DNA of 64,000 nt. Origin: Burkholderiales bacterium (lineage in GTDB: Bacteria > Pseudomonadota > Gammaproteobacteria > Burkholderiales > Gallionellaceae). The stretch is taken from positions 423 to 64,422 of the forward strand of contig JBBQKX010000002.1 of assembly GCA_038327315.1 (NCBI GenBank), read 5' to 3'. Position numbers and translations under genes: made by a program. Positions 1 through 9,965 of the stretch are shown here, piece after piece; position 1 is the first letter of the stretch; each line of letters begins with the position of its first letter. The notes beneath the pieces were generated by a model. It saw only the letters and a list, made by a program, of their open reading frames with translations, ran no database searches and was not told where the DNA came from.

Positions 1-253
1 CGACAAGGCAAGAATTGCCATTCGTGACAATCTAACTCAGTTGTCTCAGATACTGACTAAACAGAAATTCCTGTTGGGTGACGAGTTCTCTATGTTAGAT
101 GTTGCAATTGCACCTTTGCTTTGGCGTTTAGACAAGTACGGCATACAAATGAGTAAAGATGCAGCCCCCATGATGAAGTACGCAGAGCGTATTTTCTCCC
201 GTCAGGGTTTCATCGATGCTTTGACTTCACCTGAAAGAGCGATGCGTAAGTGA
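1..253 (+). CDS. sspA: Stringent starvation protein A, 3' part (gene starts before window)
   Basis: Frame open from base 2 (DKARIAIRDNL...); GST-like C-terminal motif FSMLDVAIAPLLWRL; overlaps sspB. Confidence 0.92.
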   Translation, partial: DKARIAIRDNLTQLSQILTKQKFLLGDEFSMLDVAIAPLLWRLDKYGIQMSKDAAPMMKYAERIFSRQGFIDALTSPERAMRK

Positions 254-639
254 GTGAGTTGTCCACCCGCCCTTATTTGATAAGGGCGATATATGAATGG
301 TGTGTGGATAGTGCTTTGACCCCATACCTTGCAGTTAAGGTGAATGAACAGACTGAAGTACCGATTGCTTATGTGAAGGATGGCGAAATCGTCCTAAGCC
401 TCAGCGTAAGTGCGGTGCGTAATCTTGAGATGGGCAACGAGTACATCACGTGTTCGGGCCGTTTTGGCGGCTCACCCTTCAATTTGATTGTGCCTGTGGT
501 TGCAGTAATCGGCATTTTTGCCAAGGAGACTGGTCAGGGATTGATATTTCAAGCTGAAGATCAACTTCCTCCTGATGACGAGGCTGAAAGCGAAAAAAAA
601 CCAACACCTCAAAAGCCATTCCTAAAAATCGTGAAGTAA
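250..639 (+). CDS. sspB: ClpXP adaptor SspB
   Basis: RPYLIRAIYEW, VKDGEIVL, C-terminal ClpX-binding LKIVK; GTG start. Confidence 0.95.
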   Translation: MSELSTRPYLIRAIYEWCVDSALTPYLAVKVNEQTEVPIAYVKDGEIVLSLSVSAVRNLEMGNEYITCSGRFGGSPFNLIVPVVAVIGIFAKETGQGLIFQAEDQLPPDDEAESEKKPTPQKPFLKIVK

Positions 640-641
640 AT

Positions 642-672
642 AAAAAGCCGCAGTTCAAACTGCGGCTTTTTT
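642..672. terminator. Bidirectional intrinsic terminator between sspB and rpoH
   Basis: AAAAAGCCGCAGTT-CA-AACTGCGGCTTTTT between convergent genes. Confidence 0.9.
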
Positions 673-690
673 ACATTTCAAAATAGCAAA

Positions 691-1545
691 TTAATTAGTT
701 AGCGAAATTTGCATTTTACTGAGTGCTTTTTGCTCAATTTGTCTAATGCGCTCAGCAGACACATTGAATTCAGCGGCCAATTCGTGCAGCGTTGATGCAT
801 GACTCTCATTCAGCCAACGTGCCTCGACGATACGTCTGCTACGATCATCTAGACTTGAAAGTGCATTCGCTAAACCAGTCGATTGAATTTGTTCTGCTTG
901 ATTGGCTTCTAAAATCATCGATGGTTCATGCTCAGCATTGTCTGCCAGATATTGTATAGGTGAGTATGCCTCATCTGTATCCGTGCCACTGGGTTCTAAA
1001 GCTAGCTCATGTCCTGCAAAGCGCGACTCCATATCAAGCACATCGTGTTCTGAGACATTCAGCTGCTGAGCGATCTCGGTTACTTGTTGAGGTTTAAGTG
1101 GGCCGAGACCTTGCTTCAAACTGCGTAAATTAAAGAATAATTTACGTTGTGATTTAGTCGTAGCAATTTTGACCATGCGCCAATTTTTAACCACGAACTC
1201 GTGTATCTCAGCACGTATCCAGTGCAAAGCGAATGAAACTAAACGTACACCACGCTGCGGATCAAAGCGTTTAACCGCTTTCATCAAGCCAATATTGCCT
1301 TCCTGAATTAGGTCGGCCTGAGCTAGGCCATATCCTGCATAGCCACGGGCTACGCTGACGACGACACGGAGGTGAGAGACAATCAGCTGACGGGCAGCAT
1401 CAAGGTCGTTGTGTACATTCAAGCGGGTAGCCAATGAGAACTCCTCCTCTGCAGTAAGGATAGGGAAGCGGTTGACTGTTTGTACATAGCTTTCCAAGCT
1501 GCCTAGAGCAGATGGCATCTGAAAATTCATCATGCTGTTATTCAT
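691..1545 (-). CDS. rpoH: RNA polymerase sigma-32
   Basis: DLIQEGNIGLMKAVKRFDP plus RpoH box QRKLFFNLR; downstream of ftsYEX. Confidence 0.97.
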   Translation of the reverse strand: MNNSMMNFQMPSALGSLESYVQTVNRFPILTAEEEFSLATRLNVHNDLDAARQLIVSHLRVVVSVARGYAGYGLAQADLIQEGNIGLMKAVKRFDPQRGVRLVSFALHWIRAEIHEFVVKNWRMVKIATTKSQRKLFFNLRSLKQGLGPLKPQQVTEIAQQLNVSEHDVLDMESRFAGHELALEPSGTDTDEAYSPIQYLADNAEHEPSMILEANQAEQIQSTGLANALSSLDDRSRRIVEARWLNESHASTLHELAAEFNVSAERIRQIEQKALSKMQISLTN

Positions 1546-1569
1546 TGTGGATATCTCCTAGTGGGTATT

Positions 1570-1596
1570 TTAGCACTCTGTGGCTTAGAGTGCCAA
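1570..1596. promoter_or_regulatory. CIRCE element (HrcA operator) upstream of rpoH
   Basis: TTAGCACTC-N9-GAGTGCCAA, one mismatch to the CIRCE consensus. Confidence 0.9.
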
Positions 1597-1611
1597 ATCT
1601 GGCTATGGTTC
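1585..1611 (-). promoter_or_regulatory. Putative sigmaE-type promoter of rpoH
   Basis: Minus strand GAACCA-N16-TCTAA, similar to the RpoE/AlgU consensus GAACTT-N16-TCnAA. Confidence 0.5.
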
Positions 1612-1637
1612 TGCCACATTGAGAAATAATTACGAAA

Positions 1638-2546
1638 TTAATGAGGCTCAATCTGATTTAGGTGCCTAGCCACGGATAACCAAGCGCCCAGCCAACCTAA
1701 ATAGAGAGAGAAAAGGAGCAAGGATAGACCGTCAGCCAGGCCAAGTGGGTTTAAGGCGAATTGGCTCGCATAAAGTTGAGAGAGATTTGCTAGTGGGTGA
1801 TTAAGCAGCAATAGACTGATGGAAACGATGCCATAAGCGGTACATCCACCCAGCAAGCCTTGGAGGGCTCCGAAATAAAGGAAGGGGCGGCGTATAAAGC
1901 CATCGGAAGCACCTATTAGCTTGGATACCTCTATCTCATCACGTTGAGTGAGTATTTGTAAACGTATGGTGTTGAAGGTGATGGCAATCAATGCAAGGCT
2001 AAGTAAACTAGCCAGTATTAAAACGGCAAGATTCGCAAATTTCAGTAGCGCTTCAAGTTTGTACGCCCAAGCTGAGTCGAGTTGTGCCAGTTCCACCTTG
2101 GGGAGTTTTGCAATTTCTGTACGCAGATTGTCAAGAACCTGTGCAGTGCCAGATTTTGGGCGAACGATATATGCGTCAGGCAAGGGATTCTTCTCAAGTC
2201 CGCCGATTACATCAGCCAGACCAGTACTCTGCTTGAGTTGCTGGAGAGCTTGATCCTTGGGTACGAATTCTAGGTGTTCAATAGCAGAGTTTTGCGCTAA
2301 AGATTTGCGTAACGTCTCTATGTCATCTGCACGGCTGTCCATGCTCATAAAGACGCTAATCTGTGGCGTGCCTGAAAGCTGTAGTACCAGACCCTGTGCA
2401 TTCTGTAGCAATACATACATGCCTGCGGGTAGGCTGAGCGCGATACCGATCACCAGCGTATTGAGCAAGCCTGCTAGAGGCGGGTTGAAGATACGTGTAA
2501 AGGCGACACGCATCACTCTAAGATGTTGGGTGAGTAAGCGCTTCAT
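1638..2546 (-). CDS. ftsX: Cell division permease FtsX
   Basis: NTIRLQI..RDEIEVSKLIGA..FIRRPFLY; operon with ftsE. Confidence 0.96.
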   Translation of the reverse strand: MKRLLTQHLRVMRVAFTRIFNPPLAGLLNTLVIGIALSLPAGMYVLLQNAQGLVLQLSGTPQISVFMSMDSRADDIETLRKSLAQNSAIEHLEFVPKDQALQQLKQSTGLADVIGGLEKNPLPDAYIVRPKSGTAQVLDNLRTEIAKLPKVELAQLDSAWAYKLEALLKFANLAVLILASLLSLALIAITFNTIRLQILTQRDEIEVSKLIGASDGFIRRPFLYFGALQGLLGGCTAYGIVSISLLLLNHPLANLSQLYASQFALNPLGLADGLSLLLFSLYLGWLGAWLSVARHLNQIEPH

Positions 2547-3223
2547 AAAGGAGTCTGTGTCGCCAAGTTTGATTGCAATACGCCTTGCTTGAGGTTAAGT
2601 ACTCGCACTTTGTCATGTGATTGCAGCACGCCCGCATCATGTGTGGAGATCAACAGCGTTACACCGACTTGATGGAAAGATTTGAAGATAGCCATGATGT
2701 CGGAGGCGTAGTCTGCGTCAAGATTTCCAGTAGGCTCATCTGCTAGCAATATGGTGGGGCGGTTGACAATGGCTCGTGCGATGCACAGTCTTTGCTGCTC
2801 GCCGCCGGAAAGTGCGATAGGGTTGGCTTTTTCGCGTTTGAGTAGGCCTACCTTGTCCAAAGCTGCGCGTACACGTTGCGCGCTCTCTTTGTGATCGAAA
2901 CCGCCAATCTGTAATGGCAGCATAACGTTGTCAAACACGTTGCGGTCGAATAGCAGTTTATGGTCCTGGAAAATGATGCCCAGATTTCGTCTCAAGTAAG
3001 GAAGTGCAGATGACTTGAGCACACCTACATTTTGGTTGTTGACTAGCACGCTACCGGAATTAGGACGCTCTATGCCGGCAACCAACTTCAGTAAAGTACT
3101 TTTACCTGCGCCGGAATGACCCGTCAGGAAGGCCATCTCGCCCTGCGCGATCTCGAAGGTAACATTACACAGCGCCTCGTAACCACCGGGGTAGCGTTTG
3201 TGCACTTGGCTGAAACTGATCAT
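2543..3223 (-). CDS. ftsE: Cell division ATP-binding protein FtsE
   Basis: [26 protein letters not shown]. Confidence 0.96.
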   Translation of the reverse strand: MISFSQVHKRYPGGYEALCNVTFEIAQGEMAFLTGHSGAGKSTLLKLVAGIERPNSGSVLVNNQNVGVLKSSALPYLRRNLGIIFQDHKLLFDRNVFDNVMLPLQIGGFDHKESAQRVRAALDKVGLLKREKANPIALSGGEQQRLCIARAIVNRPTILLADEPTGNLDADYASDIMAIFKSFHQVGVTLLISTHDAGVLQSHDKVRVLNLKQGVLQSNLATQTPL

Positions 3224-4191
3224 TCGTCCAGACCTAACAAGGCTGTGATGAAATCTTCCGCATCAAAGGGGCGTAAATCGTCCAAGCCTTCACCCACGCC
3301 TATGAAGCGAACGGGAATAGGGTGTGCCTTGGCGATCGCGGCGATCACGCCACCCTTGGCAGTACCGTCAAGTTTGGTGAGGATCAGGCCAGTTACACCA
3401 AGAGCTGTATCGAAGGCTTTGACCTGACTGAGTGCGTTCTGACCAGTATTTGCATCTAGTACTAGCAATACTTCATGCGGCGCTTCTGGCAGAACCTTGG
3501 TGATCACACGTTTTACTTTTTTAATCTCTTCCATCAAGTGAGCTTGGGTCGTGAGACGTCCAGCAGTGTCGGCCAACACGACGTCAATCTTGCGTGCTTG
3601 TGCAGCCTGCACGGCGTCGTAGATTACAGCCGCAGCATCACCGCTTTGCTGTGAAATGACCGTCACGTTGTTGCGATCACCCCACATGATGAGTTGTTCA
3701 CGTGCAGCAGCACGGAAAGTGTCGCCGGCTGCTAGTAATACGGACAGTCCTTGGCCCTGCAGATACTTGGCAAGTTTGCCTATGGATGTAGTCTTGCCTG
3801 CACCATTAACCCCTACCATCATGATGACGAAGGGCTTGTGTGTGTGTGCTTGCAATGGCTGCGCTAAGGGTTGAAGCATTTTGAGCATGCAATTAGCAAG
3901 CGCTTGCTTCAGTTCCTTAGCTTCAGTCAGGTGCTGTTCTTTAACGATGCGACGCAAATCAGCAAGTAGTGTGCGTGTCGCATCCATGCCGACATCGGCC
4001 GTAATCAGCAATGTCTCGAGCTCTTCGTAGAGCTCATCATCAATCTTGCCGCCGCGGCTGAACAGCTCACCAAATTGACTGCCTGTGCGAGACAAACCTG
4101 CCTTTAGACGCACGACCCAACTTGACTGAGTGCTTGCCTCGTCAGTAGGTGTACTCACGGCAGAAGATTTTTTCTTGAGGAAACTAAACAT
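3220..4191 (-). CDS. ftsY: SRP receptor FtsY
   Basis: GVNGAGKTT, DTFRAAA, DTAGR, TKLDGTAKGG; start moved to MFSFLKK (ATG 4191). Confidence 0.96.
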   Translation of the reverse strand: MFSFLKKKSSAVSTPTDEASTQSSWVVRLKAGLSRTGSQFGELFSRGGKIDDELYEELETLLITADVGMDATRTLLADLRRIVKEQHLTEAKELKQALANCMLKMLQPLAQPLQAHTHKPFVIMMVGVNGAGKTTSIGKLAKYLQGQGLSVLLAAGDTFRAAAREQLIMWGDRNNVTVISQQSGDAAAVIYDAVQAAQARKIDVVLADTAGRLTTQAHLMEEIKKVKRVITKVLPEAPHEVLLVLDANTGQNALSQVKAFDTALGVTGLILTKLDGTAKGGVIAAIAKAHPIPVRFIGVGEGLDDLRPFDAEDFITALLGLDE

Positions 4192-4271
4192 CGATTCGGG
4201 TGGTCTGAGATAGAAAATGTCGGATAATGCGAGACGCATTTTATTCTGTTGAACCAATTAGGGCTATAGCT

Positions 4272-5630
4272 ATGAAAATTCTTTTGTTGGGAATGACTTT
4301 GCTATTGAGTGTTACACCCACAGTACACGCAAAGATTTATGAACACACGCTTTCTAACGGTCTCAAGGTCGTGGTGGATGAGGACCATCGTGCACCCGTC
4401 GTAGTGCAGCAGATCTGGTACAAAGCAGGCAGCATGGATGAGGTCAGCGGCAAGACAGGTATAGCACATGTGCTTGAACACATGATGTTCAAAGGCACGC
4501 ATGCCGTACCTGCTGGAGAATTTTCTAAACGTATCGCAGCGGCAGGCGGTCGTGAGAATGCGTTTACTAGTAATGACTACACCGCTTATTTCCAGCAATT
4601 GCACAAATCCAAGTTGGCGTTGGCGATGCGCTTGGAAGCAGATCGTATGCACAATCTGAATCTGTCCGCGAGCGAGTTCGCCAAAGAGATTAAGGTTGTA
4701 ATGGAAGAGCGTCGTTGGCGCACAGATGATCAGGCCAGTGGCATGTTGCAAGAGCGCATGAATGCGGCCATCTATCTGGAGCATCCTTATCACCACCCAG
4801 TCATCGGTTGGATGGACGATCTGGAGGCGATGACAGTCGCGGATGCCAAGGATTGGTATCAACGCTGGTATGCACCGAATAACGCGACCTTAGTAATTGC
4901 AGGTGACGTCAAGGCCTCCGAGGTGTTTGGCATGGCGCAACATTTCTACGGCAAGATTGCCAAACACAACCTGCCTATGCGCAGGAAATTGACAGAGCCA
5001 CCTCAGGTCGGTATCAAACGTATCGTGGTCAAAGCGCCAGCCGAGTTGCCGCAATTGATTATGAGTTATCGTGCGCCGACTATTAGCGACCCTAGCAAAG
5101 ACACAGAGCCATATGCACTAGAGGTCCTCGCCGGCATCTTGAATGGTAACGACTCTGCACGTCTGAATAAACATTTGGTTCGTGAGCAGCAGATTGCCAG
5201 TGATGTTGGTGCGGGCTATGACTCCGTCGCGCGTGGCCCCAGCGTGTTCACGTTGGAAGCTACGCCGTCTACAGGAAAGACTGTGCAGGAAGTGGAAGCT
5301 GCGTTGCGTAACGAGATTGCTCTATTGGTCAAAGACGGCGTTAGTGCAGAAGAGCTGCAACGTGTGAAGGTGCAGGTAATGGCGGGAGAGGTCTATAAAA
5401 AAGACTCAACTTTTTATCGCGCAATGCAGATTGGGCAGATGGAAAGTATAGGCGTGGGTTATCAGGCGATACCGGTGATGTTGGACAAGATACAAGCAGT
5501 GACAGCCGAGCAGGTGCAGCAGGCTGCTCAGACTGTATTGCAGGACGACGGTCTGACTGTGGCGGTACTGGATCCACAACCATTGAGCGATAAACCTAAA
5601 CGTGCGGAAGGGAATTTCCATGCTCACTAA
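4272..5630 (+). CDS. M16B metallopeptidase, catalytic subunit
   Basis: Inverted zincin HVLEH motif, signal peptide; start moved to MKILLLG. Confidence 0.9.
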   Translation: MKILLLGMTLLLSVTPTVHAKIYEHTLSNGLKVVVDEDHRAPVVVQQIWYKAGSMDEVSGKTGIAHVLEHMMFKGTHAVPAGEFSKRIAAAGGRENAFTSNDYTAYFQQLHKSKLALAMRLEADRMHNLNLSASEFAKEIKVVMEERRWRTDDQASGMLQERMNAAIYLEHPYHHPVIGWMDDLEAMTVADAKDWYQRWYAPNNATLVIAGDVKASEVFGMAQHFYGKIAKHNLPMRRKLTEPPQVGIKRIVVKAPAELPQLIMSYRAPTISDPSKDTEPYALEVLAGILNGNDSARLNKHLVREQQIASDVGAGYDSVARGPSVFTLEATPSTGKTVQEVEAALRNEIALLVKDGVSAEELQRVKVQVMAGEVYKKDSTFYRAMQIGQMESIGVGYQAIPVMLDKIQAVTAEQVQQAAQTVLQDDGLTVAVLDPQPLSDKPKRAEGNFHAH

Positions 5631-6945
5631 ATTCATCAAGCCGATATTGTCAATCGCGCTATGCATATGTAGCGTCAACGCAATGGCGACACCCAACATC
5701 CAGCATTGGCAGAGTGCTAGTGGTGCGAAAGTATTATTTGTAGAAGATCATGACATCCCCATGTTGGATGTGGCCGTAAGCCTACCTGCTGGTAGTAGCT
5801 ACGATAGCGAGCCAAAATCTGGATTGGCAGCAATCACACATCACCTGTTAGATTTGGGTTCAGAAGGTATGAACGAAGATGACACAGCACGCGGATTGGC
5901 CGATCTGGGTGCGCAACTGGGTGGCGGTTTCGATCAGGATAGAGCGAGCATATCCTTGCGCACCTTGAGCAATATTGCAGTGCGTGACAAGGCCTTAGCC
6001 ATCATGGCGCGTGTGCTACAACATCCTCTGTATGCTCCAGAGATATTAGCGCGTGAGCAGACACGCGTCATCGCGGGCCTCAAAGAAGCAGAGACCAAAC
6101 CCGAGAGCATCGCAGACAAGGCTTTCCAGAAAGCGGTATATGGAGATCATCCTTATGCATTGCAGGTCTCTGGTTCCGTAGATAGCGTGCGTGCACTCAC
6201 CGTGCAGGACTTGCAGGACTTTTATCGTAACCATTACAACGCGAATCATGCCGTCGTCGCCATCATGGGCGATGTGTCGCGTGAACAAGCCAGCGCCATT
6301 GCGGAACAACTGACCAGCGAACTACCTAAGACCGAAGTCGAGCTGAGGCTGCCGCAGGTCGTTAAGCAGATATCCGCGAGTGAGCAACGTATTGCACATC
6401 CTGCGAGTCAGAGCCATATCTTGATTGGCGCGCCGGGGATGTCGCGTAGTGATCCTGACTATTTTCCATTGTATGTCGGTAACTACATATTGGGCGGTGG
6501 TGGTTTCGTTTCACGTTTAATGAATGAGGTGCGTGAAAAGCGAGGTCTGGCATATAGCGTGTATAGCTATTTCATGCCACTCAAGCAAACAGGTGCATTC
6601 CAATTAGGATTGCAGACCAAAAAAGAGCAGGCAGATGAAGCGCTGGCTTTGGTACGCAAGACGCTAGCTAAATTCATCGCCAAAGGACCTACCGAGCAGG
6701 AGTTGATTGCTGCTAAGCAGAACATCGTCGGCGGCTTCCCGCTACGCATCGATAGCAATCGCAAGATATTGGAATACCTGAGCATCATCGGCTTCTACGA
6801 CATGCCACTGACCTATCTGGATGACTTCACCCGTCGTGTAGACCAAGTTACTGTGGCCCAGATACGTGATGCCTTCAAGCGTCATATCGATCCTCAGCAT
6901 ATGGCGACTGTGATTGTGGGTGCGCCTGAGGGAGATAAGAAATAA
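5620..6945 (+). CDS. M16B peptidase, non-catalytic partner subunit
   Basis: Lacks HxxEH, has VREKRGLAY (R/Y pair) and a glycine-rich loop; signal peptide. Confidence 0.88.
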   Translation: MLTKFIKPILSIALCICSVNAMATPNIQHWQSASGAKVLFVEDHDIPMLDVAVSLPAGSSYDSEPKSGLAAITHHLLDLGSEGMNEDDTARGLADLGAQLGGGFDQDRASISLRTLSNIAVRDKALAIMARVLQHPLYAPEILAREQTRVIAGLKEAETKPESIADKAFQKAVYGDHPYALQVSGSVDSVRALTVQDLQDFYRNHYNANHAVVAIMGDVSREQASAIAEQLTSELPKTEVELRLPQVVKQISASEQRIAHPASQSHILIGAPGMSRSDPDYFPLYVGNYILGGGGFVSRLMNEVREKRGLAYSVYSYFMPLKQTGAFQLGLQTKKEQADEALALVRKTLAKFIAKGPTEQELIAAKQNIVGGFPLRIDSNRKILEYLSIIGFYDMPLTYLDDFTRRVDQVTVAQIRDAFKRHIDPQHMATVIVGAPEGDKK

Positions 6946-7481
6946 ACAAGATCAGGATCAATGGCGGCGAGCTGCGTAGCCGTGTTATCACTTTTCCTGA
7001 TGCAGAAGGTCTGCGTCCCACCCCCGAGCGCGTGCGTCAAACCTTGTTTAATTGGTTGGGGCAGACTCTATATGGGCGTACTTGTTTGGATCTATTCGCG
7101 GGTAGTGGTGCCTTGGGTTTCGAGGCTCTGTCGCGAGGGGCTGAGAAGGTAGTGATGGTAGAGAAGAACCCCAAGGTTTTTCGTGCGTTGGAGGCGAATA
7201 TTAATAAATTAGAGTTATCTAATATTTCCTCCTATTGCCAAGATGGGCTAGAATTCGCCACGCGTGACAAGCAACGTTATGACGTGATCTTTCTTGATCC
7301 GCCATTCCAAGCCGATTTACTACCCAGATTGTTCGAGATACTGCCCGCTAAACTTAGCGAGTCGGGTTTGATTTATGTCGAATCTGGTGCAGTCATCAAT
7401 GCACCAGTGGGCTGGGAGGTCGTGAAGTCGGGTAAGGCAGGACAAGTGCATTACCAACTATTGAGAGTCCAACATGATTAA
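6942..7481 (+). CDS. rsmD: 16S rRNA m2G966 methyltransferase RsmD, apparent ATA start
   Basis: In-frame [22 protein letters not shown] upstream of the tracked ORF; [14 protein letters not shown]; in-frame TAA at 6936 bounds the frame. Confidence 0.9.
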   Translation: MNKIRINGGELRSRVITFPDAEGLRPTPERVRQTLFNWLGQTLYGRTCLDLFAGSGALGFEALSRGAEKVVMVEKNPKVFRALEANINKLELSNISSYCQDGLEFATRDKQRYDVIFLDPPFQADLLPRLFEILPAKLSESGLIYVESGAVINAPVGWEVVKSGKAGQVHYQLLRVQHD

Positions 7482-7962
7482 GGTCGTATATCCAGGTACA
7501 TTCGACCCCATCACCAAAGGACACGAAGATGTCGTCAGAAGGGCGGCAGGATTGTTCGGTGAAGTGGTGGTGGCAGTCGCGGCGAGCAGGGCGAATACTC
7601 TGTTCGATCTGCAAGAGCGTGTGGATATGGCACGTCAGGTGTTTGCAAATCAACCCAAGGTTCGTGTTGAGGGCTTTGACGGTTTGTTGATGAGTTTTGT
7701 GCAGCAGCAAGGTTCGCGTGTCGTATTGCGCGGTTTGCGTGCGGTGTCGGACTTCGAATATGAGTTCCAGTTGGCTGGCATGAATCGCAATCTTTATCCT
7801 GAAATGGAGACGCTGTTCTTAACGCCAGCAGAGAAGTACACCTTCATTTCAGCGACTATGGTGCGCGAGGTGGCGAGATTCGGTGGCGATGTGAGTAAGT
7901 TCGTCTCACCCATCGTGGTAGAAAGATTGCAACAAAAGTTTACAAGTAATAACGCTAAATAA
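7474..7962 (+). CDS. coaD: Phosphopantetheine adenylyltransferase
   Basis: [24 protein letters not shown]. Confidence 0.97.
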   Translation: MIKVVYPGTFDPITKGHEDVVRRAAGLFGEVVVAVAASRANTLFDLQERVDMARQVFANQPKVRVEGFDGLLMSFVQQQGSRVVLRGLRAVSDFEYEFQLAGMNRNLYPEMETLFLTPAEKYTFISATMVREVARFGGDVSKFVSPIVVERLQQKFTSNNAK

Positions 7963-7976
7963 ACGGTCCGATATAG

Positions 7977-8258
<282 letters not shown>

Positions 8259-8273
8259 GCTACTTTTTTGAGC

Positions 8274-8309
8274 AAATGCCACGTGCACGCACGTGGCATT
8301 TTTCTTTTT
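8274..8309. terminator. Intrinsic terminator after the ferredoxin gene
   Basis: AAATGCCACGTGC-AC-GCACGTGGCATTT followed by a T-rich tail. Confidence 0.8.
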
Positions 8310-8313
8310 GCGA

Positions 8314-8667
8314 TTACTCCATCACTAGCAGCGCCAAGGCAATACAGGCAGGAATGGCTTGTATCCAGAGTATCTTCCTGTCTGCCGTTAGTGCACCATA
8401 AATGCCTGCGATGATGATGCAGATGAGAAAGAAGATATCGATGGCTCGTCCCGCAGCCCCCAGATAGAGACCCCACACCAGTCCGGCAGCGAGAAAGCCG
8501 TTATACAGGCCTTGGTTCGCCGCCAGCGTTTTCGAAGCAGTAGCGAATTCGTGTGTGGTTCTGAAGGTGCGCAAGCCTAAGGGCTTATCCCAGAAATACA
8601 TCTCCAGCAGCATGAAGTAGGCGTGCAACAGTGCGACGAGTGCGATGGTGATATAGGCTAGCATCAT
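8314..8667 (-). CDS. DUF1304 family membrane protein
   Basis: LEMYFW...LAANQGLYNGFLAAGL...QAIPA signature. Confidence 0.85.
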   Translation of the reverse strand: MMLAYITIALVALLHAYFMLLEMYFWDKPLGLRTFRTTHEFATASKTLAANQGLYNGFLAAGLVWGLYLGAAGRAIDIFFLICIIIAGIYGALTADRKILWIQAIPACIALALLVME

Positions 8668-8725
8668 GCGTCTCCCAGAGTGGGGTGCAGCTCAGCTTAG
8701 CTGCCTGCGTGCAACTTAGAAAGCG

Positions 8726-9025
8726 CTACTTCTTGGCGTGATAGGCGGCGATCACGGTGGGTAGCTTGTTGGGACCGTGAACACGGATCTGCTTGTTGAC
8801 GTTCTTCTCGCCGAACACAACAGTGATTGCACTCACCGCTACGCCGAACTCTCCCGCCAGATAGCGCATCATGTGAGCAGTTGCACCGCCACGACGCGGT
8901 ACGGCTGCGGCATAGACTTCAAGTTGATGACCAATCACCTGACCTATCGCATCGCCTTTAGAATTGGGTCTACCCAAGATATTCAGCACCAGCGTGTCAC
9001 CTTCCCAGTGACAGAACGAGGCCAC
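8726..9025 (-). CDS. DUF167 (YggU-like) protein
   Basis: LVLNILGRPNSKGDAI...LAGEFGV...VVFGEKNVNKQIRV; likely GTG start at 9025. Confidence 0.72.
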   Translation of the reverse strand: MASFCHWEGDTLVLNILGRPNSKGDAIGQVIGHQLEVYAAAVPRRGGATAHMMRYLAGEFGVAVSAITVVFGEKNVNKQIRVHGPNKLPTVIAAYHAKK

Positions 9026-9050
9026 AGCTTTCCCACCTAAGACTGGCAAT

Positions 9051-9878
9051 TCAGTGCTTCTTCCAAACGCCTTGTATCGGTTTTGCCTGGCGACTCGCGC
9101 CCATCGAAGGAGCATGATAGAAGTCCAGCAGAGTGCGCAGCACGTTGTAGTGGTCGACGCGTTGATCGTTCGTGCCATGCTTGACCATGGGGCCTAGCAG
9201 CAGTGTGACCACATGATTGCCCTCGCGACCGTTGTCCTCGTCCCAGGTCAAAATCAATAAACTATTGTGCTTGTATGCCCACTCGACATAAGGCGCGACA
9301 TGGGTTTGCAACCAAGCGTCAGCAGACTCGAAACTGCCATCATGCATATCGTTGTTTTGGTTGGGGATGAGGAAGGCTACCGTAGGCAACTTGCTAAAAT
9401 CTTGAGGCATATCCTCTAGACGGAGATTCATCTCTGCTGGCAAGCGTGTACCTTGCCAGTTGGAGAGTGGATTGTGCTTGCGCTGATAGGCGCCTGAGGT
9501 ACAGCTCAGATCTCCAACAGCAGGCAGCGACTCTGAGTAACTGGCAAAGCTCAGCCCTTTGCTCAATAACGCAGTGGCTAGGTTGTCGCTATCGAAGCTA
9601 TAACCACAGGCATTGCTGGAAACCTCTTGGGTAGAACCCGAGAACAGCGCCAGATAATTGGGTTGGCTGGGGTGGGTCACACCGTATGACTGGGTGAGCA
9701 GCATGCCGCGACGCGCCAGACCGTTGATGTAGGAATTAGCGTGCTGCATGTTGAGTATCTGGCTATAGCCACTGTTTTCCTCTATCACCACTAACACATG
9801 GTCAGGGCGTGGAAGATGTTCTGCATAGGCAACAGGCGCTAAGGCCAGTGTGATCAAAAATGTAAGAAATGTGCGCAT
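9051..9878 (-). CDS. Secreted acid phosphatase / phosphoesterase family protein
   Basis: HVLVVIEEN, THPSQPNYLAL, RKHNP, DMHDG, ILTWDE; signal peptide from MRTFLTFL (ATG 9878). Confidence 0.85.
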   Translation of the reverse strand: MRTFLTFLITLALAPVAYAEHLPRPDHVLVVIEENSGYSQILNMQHANSYINGLARRGMLLTQSYGVTHPSQPNYLALFSGSTQEVSSNACGYSFDSDNLATALLSKGLSFASYSESLPAVGDLSCTSGAYQRKHNPLSNWQGTRLPAEMNLRLEDMPQDFSKLPTVAFLIPNQNNDMHDGSFESADAWLQTHVAPYVEWAYKHNSLLILTWDEDNGREGNHVVTLLLGPMVKHGTNDQRVDHYNVLRTLLDFYHAPSMGASRQAKPIQGVWKKH

Positions 9879-9909
9879 AGTCGGAAATGTGTTGGTTTTA
9901 AATATTTGA

Positions 9910-9965
9910 GCATCCTGCATCCTGCATCCTGCATCCTGCATCCTGCATCCTGCATCCTGCATCCT
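9910..9965. repeat. Perfect heptamer tandem repeat (GCATCCT)x8
   Basis: Eight exact copies, abutting the mutM stop codon. Confidence 0.98.

Noticed and set aside
9910-9965. Possible CRISPR array
   Set aside because: Contiguous 7-mers without spacers; no cas genes; no repeat-spacer array seen anywhere in the window
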